Assembly (NCBI GenBank): GCA_019912845.1
Contig: JAIOHU010000137.1
Location: 20,765 to 84,764, forward strand
Reading direction: 5' to 3'
Origin: a bacterium
GTDB lineage: Bacteria; Electryoneota; Electryoneia; Electryoneales; Electryoneaceae
DNA: 64,000 nt
Positions 29,605-40,254 of this stretch are shown here, piece by piece. The notes beneath the pieces were generated by a model. The model searched no databases. It was not told the DNA's origin and saw only the letters and a program-made list of their open reading frames with translations. The position numbers and the translations under genes were made by a program. Within the stretch, counting starts at the first letter, position 1. Every line of letters begins with the position of its first letter.

Positions 29605-30915
29605 ATGTTTCGCATAGGGATACGAAGGGAAGATAAGACAGATCAGGAACGTCGTGCACCACTGGCACCGCATCATGTAAGGCAATTAATAAAAGACAAC
29701 GTTGTCGAAATTTACGTCGAACGAGCCGAGCAACGTGTTTACTCCCACGATGAATATGAAAATGCTGGAGCAAAAGTGGTGGATGATTTGCCCGAATGTG
29801 ATCTTATTATGGGGGTAAAAGAAATTCCAGTGAGCCGTCTGCATGCAGGAAAACCGCACCTCTTCTTCTCCCACACCATCAAGGGTCAGGAATATAATAT
29901 GCCGTTATTGCAATCCATTCTTGACCAGAATTGCACCTTGATGGACTATGAGGTGGTTACAGATGAACAAAATCGACGATTGGTCTTTTTTGGTGTACAG
30001 GCGGGTCAGGCTGGAATGCTGAACAGCCTATGGAGTTTGGGACAACGTTATCAGAATCTTGGGATCGAAACTCCTTTCAAACATTTACGTCAAGCAAAAA
30101 CCTACCCTTCGTTGGATGAAGCCAGAGAAGCTGTAAGTGCTGTGGGGGAGATGATTCGACGCGAAGGGTTACCAAAACAGATAACACCGTTTATTTGCGG
30201 GATTACTGGATATGGGAAGGTCTCACAGGGTGCACAGGAAATCTACGATCTACTCAAGCCAGAAACAGTTCATCCCGAAGAGCTGTCAAAAATGCGTGAT
30301 GGGACACTGTTTTCCTCTGCCAACAGGGTCTACAAAACAGTATTTAAGGAAGAACACTTTGTTAAGCGAATCGACAATACTGAACCATTCAATCTGCAAG
30401 AATATTTTTCCACTCCAGAACTGTACACCTCCTCCTTTGCACAACACTTTCCCTACCTGAACTGTTTGATAAATGCAATATACTGGGATGATCGTTATCC
30501 TCGTCTTATAACATGGGAAGACCTCACTACAATACTCGAAAAGAACTATCCTCTTGCTGTCGTCGGGGATATCACCTGCGATATCGATGGTTCGATCCAG
30601 TTTACGGTCGAAGCTACTGAGCCGAATAATCCGGTTTACGTGATTAATCCAGATTCACGAAAGCCGCAATATGGTTTTGAGGGTGACGGCATTCAGATGA
30701 TGACAGTGGATATTCTTCCAACCGCAATCCCACGCGATTCGACGAATGCCTTTGGCGATATGCTGGTTCCATTCATTCCAGGATTGGCGAAAACCGATTT
30801 TACGTTACCTTTCGACAAGCTGAATTGTCCACCAGAATTCAAACGTGCGATTATTGCACACCAGGGAAAACTGACTCCTGAATTTACTGGACTGGAAGAG
30901 TTTCTGAAAAAATGA
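29605..30915 (+). CDS. Lysine-ketoglutarate reductase / saccharopine dehydrogenase (AlaDH/PNT fold)
   Basis: IGIRREDK..ERRAPLAP, GVKE, FFSHTIKGQEYNM, DITCD..GSI, VDILP. Confidence 0.88.
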   Translation: MFRIGIRREDKTDQERRAPLAPHHVRQLIKDNVVEIYVERAEQRVYSHDEYENAGAKVVDDLPECDLIMGVKEIPVSRLHAGKPHLFFSHTIKGQEYNMPLLQSILDQNCTLMDYEVVTDEQNRRLVFFGVQAGQAGMLNSLWSLGQRYQNLGIETPFKHLRQAKTYPSLDEAREAVSAVGEMIRREGLPKQITPFICGITGYGKVSQGAQEIYDLLKPETVHPEELSKMRDGTLFSSANRVYKTVFKEEHFVKRIDNTEPFNLQEYFSTPELYTSSFAQHFPYLNCLINAIYWDDRYPRLITWEDLTTILEKNYPLAVVGDITCDIDGSIQFTVEATEPNNPVYVINPDSRKPQYGFEGDGIQMMTVDILPTAIPRDSTNAFGDMLVPFIPGLAKTDFTLPFDKLNCPPEFKRAIIAHQGKLTPEFTGLEEFLKK

Positions 30916-31098
30916 GCGTGAACATTCCAGACTCCAAGATATATGCTTTAGAAAATATCCAGGGAGATAGCTGTTTGCTGTCTCCCTTCTTTTTGCGAAA
31001 TTTTCCACAAGGTTTGTTATAAGTGATTGAAATTTGTTTAATTTCATGAAATGAAATTGTATCGGGAAGATCACGATAGATGCTTTGGAGGAGAAAGG

Positions 31099-31848
31099 AT
31101 GAGTGAAGTCTCACAAAATCCACAAGAGTACCAGGAAAACCCATCTTTATGGGTGTCACTTGCCGCCCAGATAGCAAAAAACAATGAAAGTCCACCCTTG
31201 GAATTGGTGGAAGCGCTGAAAATATCCGAACACCCGGTTATTAAAGACCCTTATGCAGCTCAACCCTATCTCTGGGAGCTGTTTGGAGTACCTCATCGAG
31301 ACAAGGGATTGAGATGGCTTGATTCGCACGGATTGCTTGCAGAGATACTTCCAGCATGGGGAGGCAACGCTGTACGTAGGTCATTGCGTCTAAACGCCAC
31401 CGAAAATGTCCACCTCGAAAAATGGCGCGAAGGGCTTGACGACGGCGTATTCAGGTTGATCTGCGATATTCATGATGTGGTTATTGATGGGCGATTAAAT
31501 CGTTGGGCATGGACTGCTGTTGCGACCCTCCTGGCAGGCGGTGATACAGAAAATGCTATCCAATGGATGAAGTTTATCCGACGTGATCTCTACAAAGTAG
31601 GTGCAACAGAAGCGGAGATTATCTGGGTAGAGCGTGTGCTCACCAGTTTTAATCGCGGCCTGATGTTCATTCGTGGCGATGCGAAAGAGAGTGCCATGAC
31701 TCCGGCTGTGGCGGTGGCTTGTTTGAGCACATTGCATGCGTTGAAGGAAGGTCTAACGGAAACAGACTTCAAAGCAGCAGCCGAACGAATAAATGTAGCT
31801 CTTGCTGATCAGGTCAATCCACTGGATAACGATGATGTTGAAAAGTAA
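31099..31848 (+). CDS. Hypothetical protein, weakly resembling the helical body of CCA-adding/poly(A) polymerases
   Basis: GGAGG SD; GLRWLDSHGLLAEILP segment; no catalytic motifs visible. Confidence 0.6.
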   Translation: MSEVSQNPQEYQENPSLWVSLAAQIAKNNESPPLELVEALKISEHPVIKDPYAAQPYLWELFGVPHRDKGLRWLDSHGLLAEILPAWGGNAVRRSLRLNATENVHLEKWREGLDDGVFRLICDIHDVVIDGRLNRWAWTAVATLLAGGDTENAIQWMKFIRRDLYKVGATEAEIIWVERVLTSFNRGLMFIRGDAKESAMTPAVAVACLSTLHALKEGLTETDFKAAAERINVALADQVNPLDNDDVEK

Positions 31849-31895
31849 AGAAATCAATCGATTTTATTACGGTTCTCGAAAATAAGATCCACTCG

Positions 31896-31929
31896 CGTCA
31901 TCCCGGTGATGAGTTGGGCCGAGATCCAG
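31896..31929. repeat. REP-like palindrome, family A (degenerate copy)
   Basis: CGTCATCCCGGT...GCCGAGATCCAG. Confidence 0.45.
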
Positions 31930-32067
31930 TAAGGAATTAATATTCTTCATTATAGGATAGAAGGGAATGTAAGAAATCCAGGCAATCCGAACACTTAGCA
32001 GTTTTAAGATGAGACAATAATTCCAAGAATCAGTATGTATCCAGCCCTAAAAATCAGCGCATCTATC

Positions 32068-32091
32068 CCGCAATATCTTCGGATATTGCGG
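32068..32091. repeat. Perfect hairpin with UUCG tetraloop (REP-like family B or terminator)
   Basis: CCGCAATATC-TTCG-GATATTGCGG; related copy at 36697-36716. Confidence 0.6.
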
Positions 32092-32242
32092 AACGTAAAT
32101 GCAGGAATTCTTACCTCTAGTGCATCAACTCACATTTTTTGATAACTGGCTTTGGACTTGTCCAAAGTTTAATAATTCTCGTGTTCGTTTTATTAAACCT
32201 TGGATAAATCCAAGGCCAATCAATCAGTCCATTAGAATCGAA

Positions 32243-32563
32243 CTACTTATCCAGAATGTCTTCCACCCAGGTCATGTTTGCCATGGATGCCGGAAAACCG
32301 AGTGTGGGGATACCAAGCAATGCAACCTGACGTATTTCCTCATCAGTCAAGCCGATCTCCAGTGCCTTCCGGGTTTGTGAGTGGACTCCACCTTCAAGCC
32401 GCGCGCCCATAGCCAGCCCCAGTTTAACCAGCGCACGCGATCGTTCATCCAGCGGTCCATGTTCGTGGATTTTTTCGCCCATTTTACGGTAAGCTGCGGC
32501 GATCTCAGGATACGTTTTACAGAATTCGGTGTAGGTTTTTGGCAGGTTCATCTGTACCCCCAT
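32243..32563 (-). CDS. Carboxymuconolactone decarboxylase (AhpD-like) family protein
   Basis: GPLDERSRALVKLGLA, VHSQTRKALEIGLTDEEIRQ, PTLGFP. Confidence 0.9.
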   Translation of the reverse strand: MGVQMNLPKTYTEFCKTYPEIAAAYRKMGEKIHEHGPLDERSRALVKLGLAMGARLEGGVHSQTRKALEIGLTDEEIRQVALLGIPTLGFPASMANMTWVEDILDK

Positions 32564-32586
32564 TTGGTTGTTCTTTTGTTATAATT

Positions 32587-33654
32587 TTATTCTTGATGAA
32601 ACGGATAGACACCACTCCAGAATCGTTGCCATCCAGATTCGCTAGTTTCAGAGCCTTTCTCAGGCTCACTCATATCATCATCATGAACGACGACTTCATC
32701 TTCGCTTTTCTTTTTTCCACCAGGGAAAACCCTGCCGAAAGTATTTCGTTTCAGAAGGTCAGCAACATCACGCGCCCAACGTTCAAGTTTGCTTCGGTAT
32801 TTTCTGGCAGCTTCTTCTGATGACCAGGGACGGTAGCTTCGGCAACGGTCAACAGCAGCATGACCTGCAACCGAAGTTAGCAAGCCACTGAACAACCCTT
32901 CCGAAAAAGGTTCACCATATCGTCCAACCAGGGGAATATGTCGCCCCAAACCAATCCAGAGATTATCCATATTACCAAGCAGGTTCACCGCAGCGACCAC
33001 ACGTGCGATATCATAAAAGATCGACCATGTTTCACGTACTGAAGGACGGCTCCGGTAGACACGAATTATTTGGTTGATCATACGAAAGTTTCGGTTCAAT
33101 ACGATGTACATATCAATGCTGCGATAGGGCGAAAGCGTAGTACCGAGTGAAACAATACCAACATTGTCAGCGATGATCTCTTCGGCTCTTTTATCCAGGA
33201 TGGTAAGCAGGGGAGCCATGTTTTCTGTTTCGATTGCCTGCACTTCCTGCTGAAACTCGCCGGCGTTCCCAAGTGGTGAACCGAGCTTCTCAACTCGATT
33301 ACGGAAAGTGGTCAAACGTTGCGGGGTTTTCTCTTTCAACAGTGGGTTCGCTTCAAAACGCTCGACCAGCATGAGCAGATATTTACGAAAACGTATCGCA
33401 TCACGAACCGAAACATCACCCTCTGTGGGTAAGGGTGGTGCTTTGGGCACCTTCCCAAAACTGAAAATCCCACGTACCTGCCAGACAAGGTATCCCAACA
33501 GGAGAGCAATCAGAACAAGAAAAGCATACCCGGCATAAGGATGAACCTCTTTCAAGGTTACATAAGCACGCAATACTTCCATGATTGCGAAGATGGAGAA
33601 CAAAATACCAACAGCAACCAGAGCACGTTCGATATTATTCAGTAGGGGTTTCAT
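32587..33654 (-). CDS. YcjF/DUF697 family membrane protein
   Basis: Two N-terminal TMs, TTLSPYRSIDM, RMINQIIRVY..RP; start taken at MKPLL. Confidence 0.75.
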   Translation of the reverse strand: MKPLLNNIERALVAVGILFSIFAIMEVLRAYVTLKEVHPYAGYAFLVLIALLLGYLVWQVRGIFSFGKVPKAPPLPTEGDVSVRDAIRFRKYLLMLVERFEANPLLKEKTPQRLTTFRNRVEKLGSPLGNAGEFQQEVQAIETENMAPLLTILDKRAEEIIADNVGIVSLGTTLSPYRSIDMYIVLNRNFRMINQIIRVYRSRPSVRETWSIFYDIARVVAAVNLLGNMDNLWIGLGRHIPLVGRYGEPFSEGLFSGLLTSVAGHAAVDRCRSYRPWSSEEAARKYRSKLERWARDVADLLKRNTFGRVFPGGKKKSEDEVVVHDDDMSEPEKGSETSESGWQRFWSGVYPFHQE

Positions 33655-33861
33655 CCTGTTAAGGTAGCTCGAAAAGGAGGTATTCTCAAAACTCAAGCAT
33701 AATTGGCATTGGACTTGTCCAATGTTTAATAACGCTGGTAGTAGATTCATTAGACCCTGGATAAACTGGGGTCAATTAGGTATTTCAGGTGACTGAACTC
33801 ACCAGATAATCGAAACAATAATCCTTTGATAAACCCACACATGAGTTTACCAAAAGGAGGA

Positions 33862-34971
33862 TTACTCTGGTTCGGGCGAGGAAAGTACGCCAAGAACAGT
33901 GTTTGCGACCAGTTCGTGACCCAATTTATTCCAGTGGTTATCGTACGGGGTCTCAAAGCGTTGTTTATGTTTAGCATAGTGAGTTTTGAATATCGGGGTC
34001 ATATCAATAAATTCGCAATCTCGTGAAGCGCAGATTTCACTCATTAACATGTGCAAAAACATGAGCTTGCTATTCTTGAAACTGTTATTGTATATCTCTT
34101 CTCGCAATCCATCCATGATAAAGATGACTCGCTTGTCCGAATTTTCCTTCAGGATAGTTTCGATGAGATAGGTGATACCGGATTTTATGTCCTCCAGACG
34201 CTCAAACATCGCATCAACATTGATGTTCATGTTGTATTCCGGAGCGTCACCACCCATCGTTAATCGGTTTATAAATCCCTGAAGAACTTCCTTAGCATGC
34301 AAATTGATGTACAGGTAACGAACGAGTGCGCTTTTGCGAATCATCCGGATTGTATTGTTGGGTCGATATGCTTTTGGTGGAATTTCATTGATTCCATGTG
34401 CGCTGTCCTCGATCTGCATAAATAACGGATTCCGAATCATATCCGTATGACTCTCATCAAAATCATTGTGAATGACAACAAAAACCAGGATATCGGGATC
34501 GAAATTTGTGTTCACATAACGTGAAACATGCAAATACTGCGAAAAAGGTGCACCTGCCATCCCGAAACTGTAAACACGCATGCTATCCTGCAATGAATCC
34601 GCCACCAGCGAGCTCATTTTCTGGTCAACATCCAGTTGCAGCCCATCCACATAAGAATCGCCGATGATCGCCACCAACGGCTTTGTGGACGAACGATCAT
34701 AATCAAATGGACTATTCCAGCCATAGTTGTTGATATGCCATCTGCCACGTTGCTGAGCGAAGTTACCAATGGTAAACAACCCATCACTATTCAGGGAAGC
34801 GTTGTAATTCATCACATTTCCATTGGGGTCAGTTTGATGGTATGGCGGGAAACTTGCCGGGATGATAAAACGAAAGGTCAGTTCTGCGAATGCCAGCAAA
34901 AGAATTATTGTTGGAACAGTCACCAGCAAAAAGTTACGCAATATTGCCCTGAATTTATTCACTTTTTCCAC
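33862..34971 (-). CDS. SGNH/GDSL hydrolase-fold protein, membrane anchored
   Basis: INNYGW, IIGDS, FGMAG, HND, DNHWNKLGH (DxH). Confidence 0.82.
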   Translation of the reverse strand: MEKVNKFRAILRNFLLVTVPTIILLLAFAELTFRFIIPASFPPYHQTDPNGNVMNYNASLNSDGLFTIGNFAQQRGRWHINNYGWNSPFDYDRSSTKPLVAIIGDSYVDGLQLDVDQKMSSLVADSLQDSMRVYSFGMAGAPFSQYLHVSRYVNTNFDPDILVFVVIHNDFDESHTDMIRNPLFMQIEDSAHGINEIPPKAYRPNNTIRMIRKSALVRYLYINLHAKEVLQGFINRLTMGGDAPEYNMNINVDAMFERLEDIKSGITYLIETILKENSDKRVIFIMDGLREEIYNNSFKNSKLMFLHMLMSEICASRDCEFIDMTPIFKTHYAKHKQRFETPYDNHWNKLGHELVANTVLGVLSSPEPE

Positions 34972-35060
34972 TCAGCAGAAACGACCATCAGTGATTTTTT
35001 GATTGGTGGAAGGTAAAAGATGCTCCTCGTACTAGCAAGGTTGGGAATTTACTGATAGCC

Positions 35061-36616
35061 CTATTTTACATAAAAGATTCGTACGCTCTGACTCTGTTGC
35101 GAAGATCGAAGTGTCAGGTAATATACCCCTGCTGCCATGTTCTCGGAGGCAACCCATGAGAGTTGGTGGTTACCGGGAGATAAGGTATAAGATTTACGTG
35201 ATATTTGCCGTCCCAGGATATCATGCACAAAGAACGTATACGGCTGAGGTTTTGGGATTTCAACAGATAGGGTAATCTGTGAATTAAAGGGATTCGGATA
35301 CACAGAATTCAACTGAAAAAGGGATGGATTTGATGTCTGGCGAGGAGTCAGAACAGCGTTTTGATTGAAGTAGTGAATGCCTATGTCTACAAGACCACCA
35401 TCAGGATCAGAGAGCGAATCAATTAATCCTGCTTCGGTTGTCCCTGCATCAATACACGGGGAAATTTCTAATGGATGGAAGTTATTATTGGCTGGATCAA
35501 TTAGCTGAGGATTTAGAAAAATATTTTCATATAAATCGCAGACCTCTCCATTTGCGTTTTCAGAATCCAAATGCCCAAAATTTTCTGAGTAATGCGAATC
35601 TTCCGCAAAAGTGACGTTGTTTCCGTTTTCAAAATACAAGCTATTGTAACTTCCAAGTAATCCATCTCTAGTATAAATAGCTTCAGTACCGTTATTTTGA
35701 AAGATTATGGTATTGATGATAAATGTTGGATATCCAAAATAGACTGATCCCGAATCGGCAGTATTATCAAAAAACACTGAATTTGTAATATTGACTGCGG
35801 CAAACCGTGATCCAGAATAGATGGCTCCACCTTTGATTTCAGCCGTATTTGATTTGAACAGTGATCTGTCAATCCTTACATAACCTGTTGAATACAAAGC
35901 AGCTCCAACCAATGCTGAATTATAACTAAATTCGCAACTATCAATTTCTATACCGGATGACCATTCCTTAATGGCTGAATTTTCATTGTTTATAAAATTG
36001 GACAGTGATAATGTTAAGTATCCGTAATTTGAATAAATTCCATTGTTAGTATTACGTGCGAATACACAAGAGATGATAGTGTTTGAATCCAAATCACTAT
36101 AAAAGCCGATCCCACGATTTTCACTTATTGAACTATACATTATGGTATCCAAACCCAATGTGTGACTATGAATCCCAGCGCCACGTCACCCTGCACTGTG
36201 TTGTGTGAAATACGGCTGTGACGTAAAGTCATTGTTGACATAGGTGAAACAGATATTCCAGAATCATCGCTACCGGTTACAACGATATAGTTGAGTTTAG
36301 TGCGATAATTAGTCGTTTCCAGGTTGATACCCCGCCATGGAATTCCTTCTTCAAATGATTCAAAACGAATGCTGTCTCCCTCTGCACCCATTGCATAGAG
36401 GGCACCATGATTGGTACATCGCACTCCCTCATAAAAGCGTAGGACTACTCCGGGACGCAAATACCATAGGGTATGGGATTCTACCCAGATATCATCTTCT
36501 ACGATATATTCACCCGCATCGAGCGTATCAGACTGTGCACCGGAGAGATATATTTGCGAAAAACAGAGCGTGGAAAGCATTATGAAAATGAGTATCAGCA
36601 GGAATAGTCTTCGCAT
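35061..36616 (-). pseudogene. Secreted right-handed beta-helix protein with PNPFN C-terminal sorting domain, split by a frameshift near 36186
   Basis: Signal peptide in 36140-36616; GGAI/F..N repeats, SPCIDAG and YPNPFN in 35061-36158; one added base joins them into about 518 aa. Confidence 0.75.
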
Positions 36617-36696
36617 GGGTTACCTGACATTTTTTCAGGTTAAGAGGGATGCGTTCACTGGGAACAGGAGTAAGTTACGTGAGATTGTTTACTTCT

Positions 36697-36716
36697 GCAA
36701 CATCTACGGATGTTGC
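36697..36716. repeat. Hairpin, REP-like family B
   Basis: GCAACATC-TACG-GATGTTGC. Confidence 0.5.
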
Positions 36717-36788
36717 GAAACTTTCGGCATGGACTTGGATAAGATCAACAGCTAATAAAATCAGGATGTAAAATTGTTCATCGCTTTA

Positions 36789-36888
36789 CCACCACAGCGT
36801 GGTGGAATTTGGGTAGCCCCGCGGTGCAGCGAAGCGGAACCCGGGGAGCACCGAAGCACGCCAAATAAAAGCCTTGTATGGGCGGGAC
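36789..36888. repeat. Three-hairpin REP-like element, family C
   Basis: CCACCACAGCGTGGTGG; CCCCGCGG..GCGAAGC..CCCGGGG; AGCCTTGTATGGGCG matches the reverse complement of 50896-50910 at 13/15. Confidence 0.55.
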
Positions 36889-36894
36889 GACCTT

Positions 36895-38604
36895 TTACTT
36901 CATCAATACCAGCTTTTCCGAAGCAACTGTTCTGCCATTTGAATGCACTTGCACAATGTAAATCCCGCTGCTCAAACCCTTACCCTTGATTGTAAATTCC
37001 TTGAAGCCCGATTCAAGGCCTTCATCCTGGAGACGTACAACTTCTCTTCCCAACAAATCAAAAAGCACCAGATCAAATGCTGCCGGGTTTGATAGTTCAA
37101 CCTTGATACGTGTTTGCTGATTAAAGGGATTTGGGTAAATCGAAGCAATCCTGAAATCTTGAGGAGTGCTATTTTCAAATTTTTGTGAAGGCACATCCAA
37201 CTGCGCAAGCTCCAGCGCGGCCTGGGCGTTCACACGTCCATAACCGAGCAAGCCAGCATACTGAGGGTTAATCTGATCGACATTGTCGCATGAGGCGTTC
37301 AGCATGGCTGTTATCTGAGCACGGCTGAAATCAGGATTATAACCCAACATCAACCCGGCAACCGCAGCAACGAAGGGTGAGGACATACTCGTACCATTCC
37401 AGAGGGCATAAGAATACTCATGGTACTGGTTGAATGATATGGTGCTGCCAATATCCACACCAGGCGCACTAATCGACACCCATTCGCCATAGCTGGAAAA
37501 ATCAGCTTTTACATCCGAAGAATTCAAGGCGGCAACAGCGATTACATTATCATACGCCGCTGGATAATTGTAGCTGTCATCATTTGAATTGCCTGCAGAA
37601 GCGAGCACCAGCACATCCAGTTCTTCGGCATAGTTCAGCGCAATTTCCCAGATCATACGCGGCTCAGTATCCCCAAACGACATGTTTATTATGTCTACAT
37701 TCATATCCACTGCATATTGAATCGCAGGTGCAGCATCATCGAGATAGGCGATGGAGTTCATTACCCCCTCTTCCTGCCAATATGCGAACATCACTCGGAG
37801 TGGTAGATGTTTTACATTCCACGAAGCGGAGGCAATACCAACAGCATTATCCGTAACCCCAGCAGCGATGCCCGCAACATGAGTTCCATGACCGTAAAAA
37901 TCAGGATAAACTGTGTTGTCGCGAGGACCAACATCCTCGCCAGACACCAGTGAGAGCCAGTCGGGGAGTTCTGCTTCAGGTACAGAGACAAAATCATAAC
38001 CGGTGAAATCATCAATGAACCCATTGTTATCATCATCAACGCCATTCAGTTCATTAATATCCCAGTTTCCATTGTGGTTCAAATCCTCCCCGGGATTCAC
38101 ATACTGATTGGCAGCCAGGTCTTCATGGTGAATATCACAGCCAGTATCAATTGTAGCGATCAAAATATCCGAAGTGCCATAATGCACATCCCAGGCGGAG
38201 GGAAGCCCCATCTTTTCCAGCCCCCAGAGATCAAAATTAGTGTAATCATTCGGGAGACGGTGGCTTAGTTGCATCGGAGGTTGAAGGTCGATGGCTGTGA
38301 CACCTTCGACACCTTCCAGACTGGTGGCGGTAGTATAGGGATCAGTACTCAACTCGACACGGAACCAGCGATGCAGTCCGTGACGATACCATGATTGCAG
38401 GTTTTCCGTTTTGCTGGGCAGATAGAAAACAGGCACCAGCTTTATTTCGCCAAGAAGCGAAGTTTCGAGAGTAAACTGTTCTACATTCCAGAGTGAACGA
38501 GCGGTGTTGTCATTCAGTTCGACCAGAACACGAGGGGGATACTCGCTGGAATACCCGGAAACAGTCAAGGCAACAAGCAGAAGTGTGAGTATAGTCAGGC
38601 GCAT
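36895..38604 (-). CDS. S8 subtilisin-family serine peptidase with PNPFN C-terminal sorting domain
   Basis: Triad IDTG, HGTHVAG, GTSMSSP; signal peptide; YPNPFN..LSSGIY. Confidence 0.93.
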   Translation of the reverse strand: MRLTILTLLLVALTVSGYSSEYPPRVLVELNDNTARSLWNVEQFTLETSLLGEIKLVPVFYLPSKTENLQSWYRHGLHRWFRVELSTDPYTTATSLEGVEGVTAIDLQPPMQLSHRLPNDYTNFDLWGLEKMGLPSAWDVHYGTSDILIATIDTGCDIHHEDLAANQYVNPGEDLNHNGNWDINELNGVDDDNNGFIDDFTGYDFVSVPEAELPDWLSLVSGEDVGPRDNTVYPDFYGHGTHVAGIAAGVTDNAVGIASASWNVKHLPLRVMFAYWQEEGVMNSIAYLDDAAPAIQYAVDMNVDIINMSFGDTEPRMIWEIALNYAEELDVLVLASAGNSNDDSYNYPAAYDNVIAVAALNSSDVKADFSSYGEWVSISAPGVDIGSTISFNQYHEYSYALWNGTSMSSPFVAAVAGLMLGYNPDFSRAQITAMLNASCDNVDQINPQYAGLLGYGRVNAQAALELAQLDVPSQKFENSTPQDFRIASIYPNPFNQQTRIKVELSNPAAFDLVLFDLLGREVVRLQDEGLESGFKEFTIKGKGLSSGIYIVQVHSNGRTVASEKLVLMK

Positions 38605-38902
38605 ATTTTTTCCAGGCAGAAAAATGAGTTCTCGATATTAAGGTAGCAAATCATGGCAGCATTTAAAACTCTACCTGTTAAATACTTCCACTCTCAATTT
38701 AGTGTAATTTGAATTTAAAGAGGGTGATATGTGGCACATTTTTGAGTAGAGTGAAAAATTGTCATAGTAAAGAAGCAAAAATGAAAAATATTTCGGGCTG
38801 AGTAGTTTATTGACGATCTTCACTGAACTATATTCCTCAATCGTCTTCTTATAATGTTGATCGAGTATAACCAATAATTTCACACCTGAAAACGGTGGTA
38901 CC

Positions 38903-40087
38903 ATGAGCAGGGAGATCACACACCGTTTCCGTGAATTTCAATCAGAAATCCAGCAGATGTTGGATGGGTTTCGTGAGGCACGGATCGCTCGTATCTTTAT
39001 TATCATCCTGATCCTGATGATCGCGGGTGGGATGACGCTCTGGGCGATTGAGGGACGTAAGACTTTCGCGACCCCATTCGATGCTTTCTGGTGGGCATTA
39101 GTGACCATGACGACTGTGGGGTATGGCGATATCACTCCGCATGGTGTCAGTGGACGTATTGCTGCAATGGTGTTGATGATACTTGGGATGTCTATTGTAA
39201 GTTTGTTTACGGCATCGGTTTCTTCGGTATTGGTAGCGATAAAAATCCGGGAGGGAAAGGGTTTGCGAGACATATCTTATATTAACCACCTGGTGATATG
39301 CGGCTGGCATGATGGCGGCGAGGAAGTGATCAGCAGTTTAAAATCTCTCAGTAAAGAGAAAATGAAACTGGTGCTTATCAATGATCTGTCTTCCGGGAAG
39401 TCCGAAGAACTGCTTGAACGCTTCAAGGACCTGAACCCCAAGTTTGTAAGAGGCGACTATCACCTCGACTCCATTTTGAGACGTGCTGCCGTTGATAAGG
39501 CAGCTGCTGTGCTTATCCTTCCCGAAATAAAAGACGACCTCGCAGCTTCTCATGTAGACCAGCATACCATTCTGGCAGCTCTGGCGATTAAAGAGATCAA
39601 TCCACGTGTGAAGGTATACGCGCATGCTTTGGATAGAAACTCCGTTCCTCACATGAGACGGGGTGGGGTAGATCGTGTGGTACTGCGTGACGCCCATATC
39701 GGTTTTCTGTTGGCAGCTCACGCCCTCGCCCCTGGAATTCCCGAAGTTGTGGATGAATTGCTTACTTACGAATCGAACAATAGGATAGAACGCGTAACGA
39801 TGCCGAAAGAGCTTGTTGGCAAAACTTTCCGTGACGCTCAACTCTGGGCTGTTCATGAACTGGATGGTATGCTGATTGGGCTTGTGTCGGAGGAGCAGGT
39901 GCTTGGGGTTACCGATATTCTTTCTGACGACATTTCATCGATTGATCAGTTTATAATGAAAAAATTCGAAGAAGCGGGACGATCTGCTGAAGAACTCGCA
40001 AGCACTCAAATAACCATCAACCCTTCACCAGAACGTCAAATCGGACCGCGGGATGTTGCTGTTGTAATTCGACGGGTTGGCGAATAA
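38903..40087 (+). CDS. Potassium channel with RCK/TrkA-N domain
   Basis: Selectivity filter TMTTVGYGD, HLVICGW. Confidence 0.93.
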   Translation: MSREITHRFREFQSEIQQMLDGFREARIARIFIIILILMIAGGMTLWAIEGRKTFATPFDAFWWALVTMTTVGYGDITPHGVSGRIAAMVLMILGMSIVSLFTASVSSVLVAIKIREGKGLRDISYINHLVICGWHDGGEEVISSLKSLSKEKMKLVLINDLSSGKSEELLERFKDLNPKFVRGDYHLDSILRRAAVDKAAAVLILPEIKDDLAASHVDQHTILAALAIKEINPRVKVYAHALDRNSVPHMRRGGVDRVVLRDAHIGFLLAAHALAPGIPEVVDELLTYESNNRIERVTMPKELVGKTFRDAQLWAVHELDGMLIGLVSEEQVLGVTDILSDDISSIDQFIMKKFEEAGRSAEELASTQITINPSPERQIGPRDVAVVIRRVGE

Positions 40088-40254
40088 AATCAGCAGGGTT
40101 TAAAATGATATCAGTGCTGTATTGAATTCTGTTTTGCAGCCGGTGTTACCCTGCGTCCTGCCAGCATGGTATTGGTTGGCATCCAGGAGGGTTAATCGTG
40201 AATAAACGGTTTTTAAAAAGGTACTAGAAAAAATATATTGAAAAAGGATAATCC

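Noticed and set aside
38732-38747. sigma54 promoter-like TGGCAC..TTTGA upstream of the K+ channel
   Set aside because: The -12 element lacks the required GC and the spacing is off.
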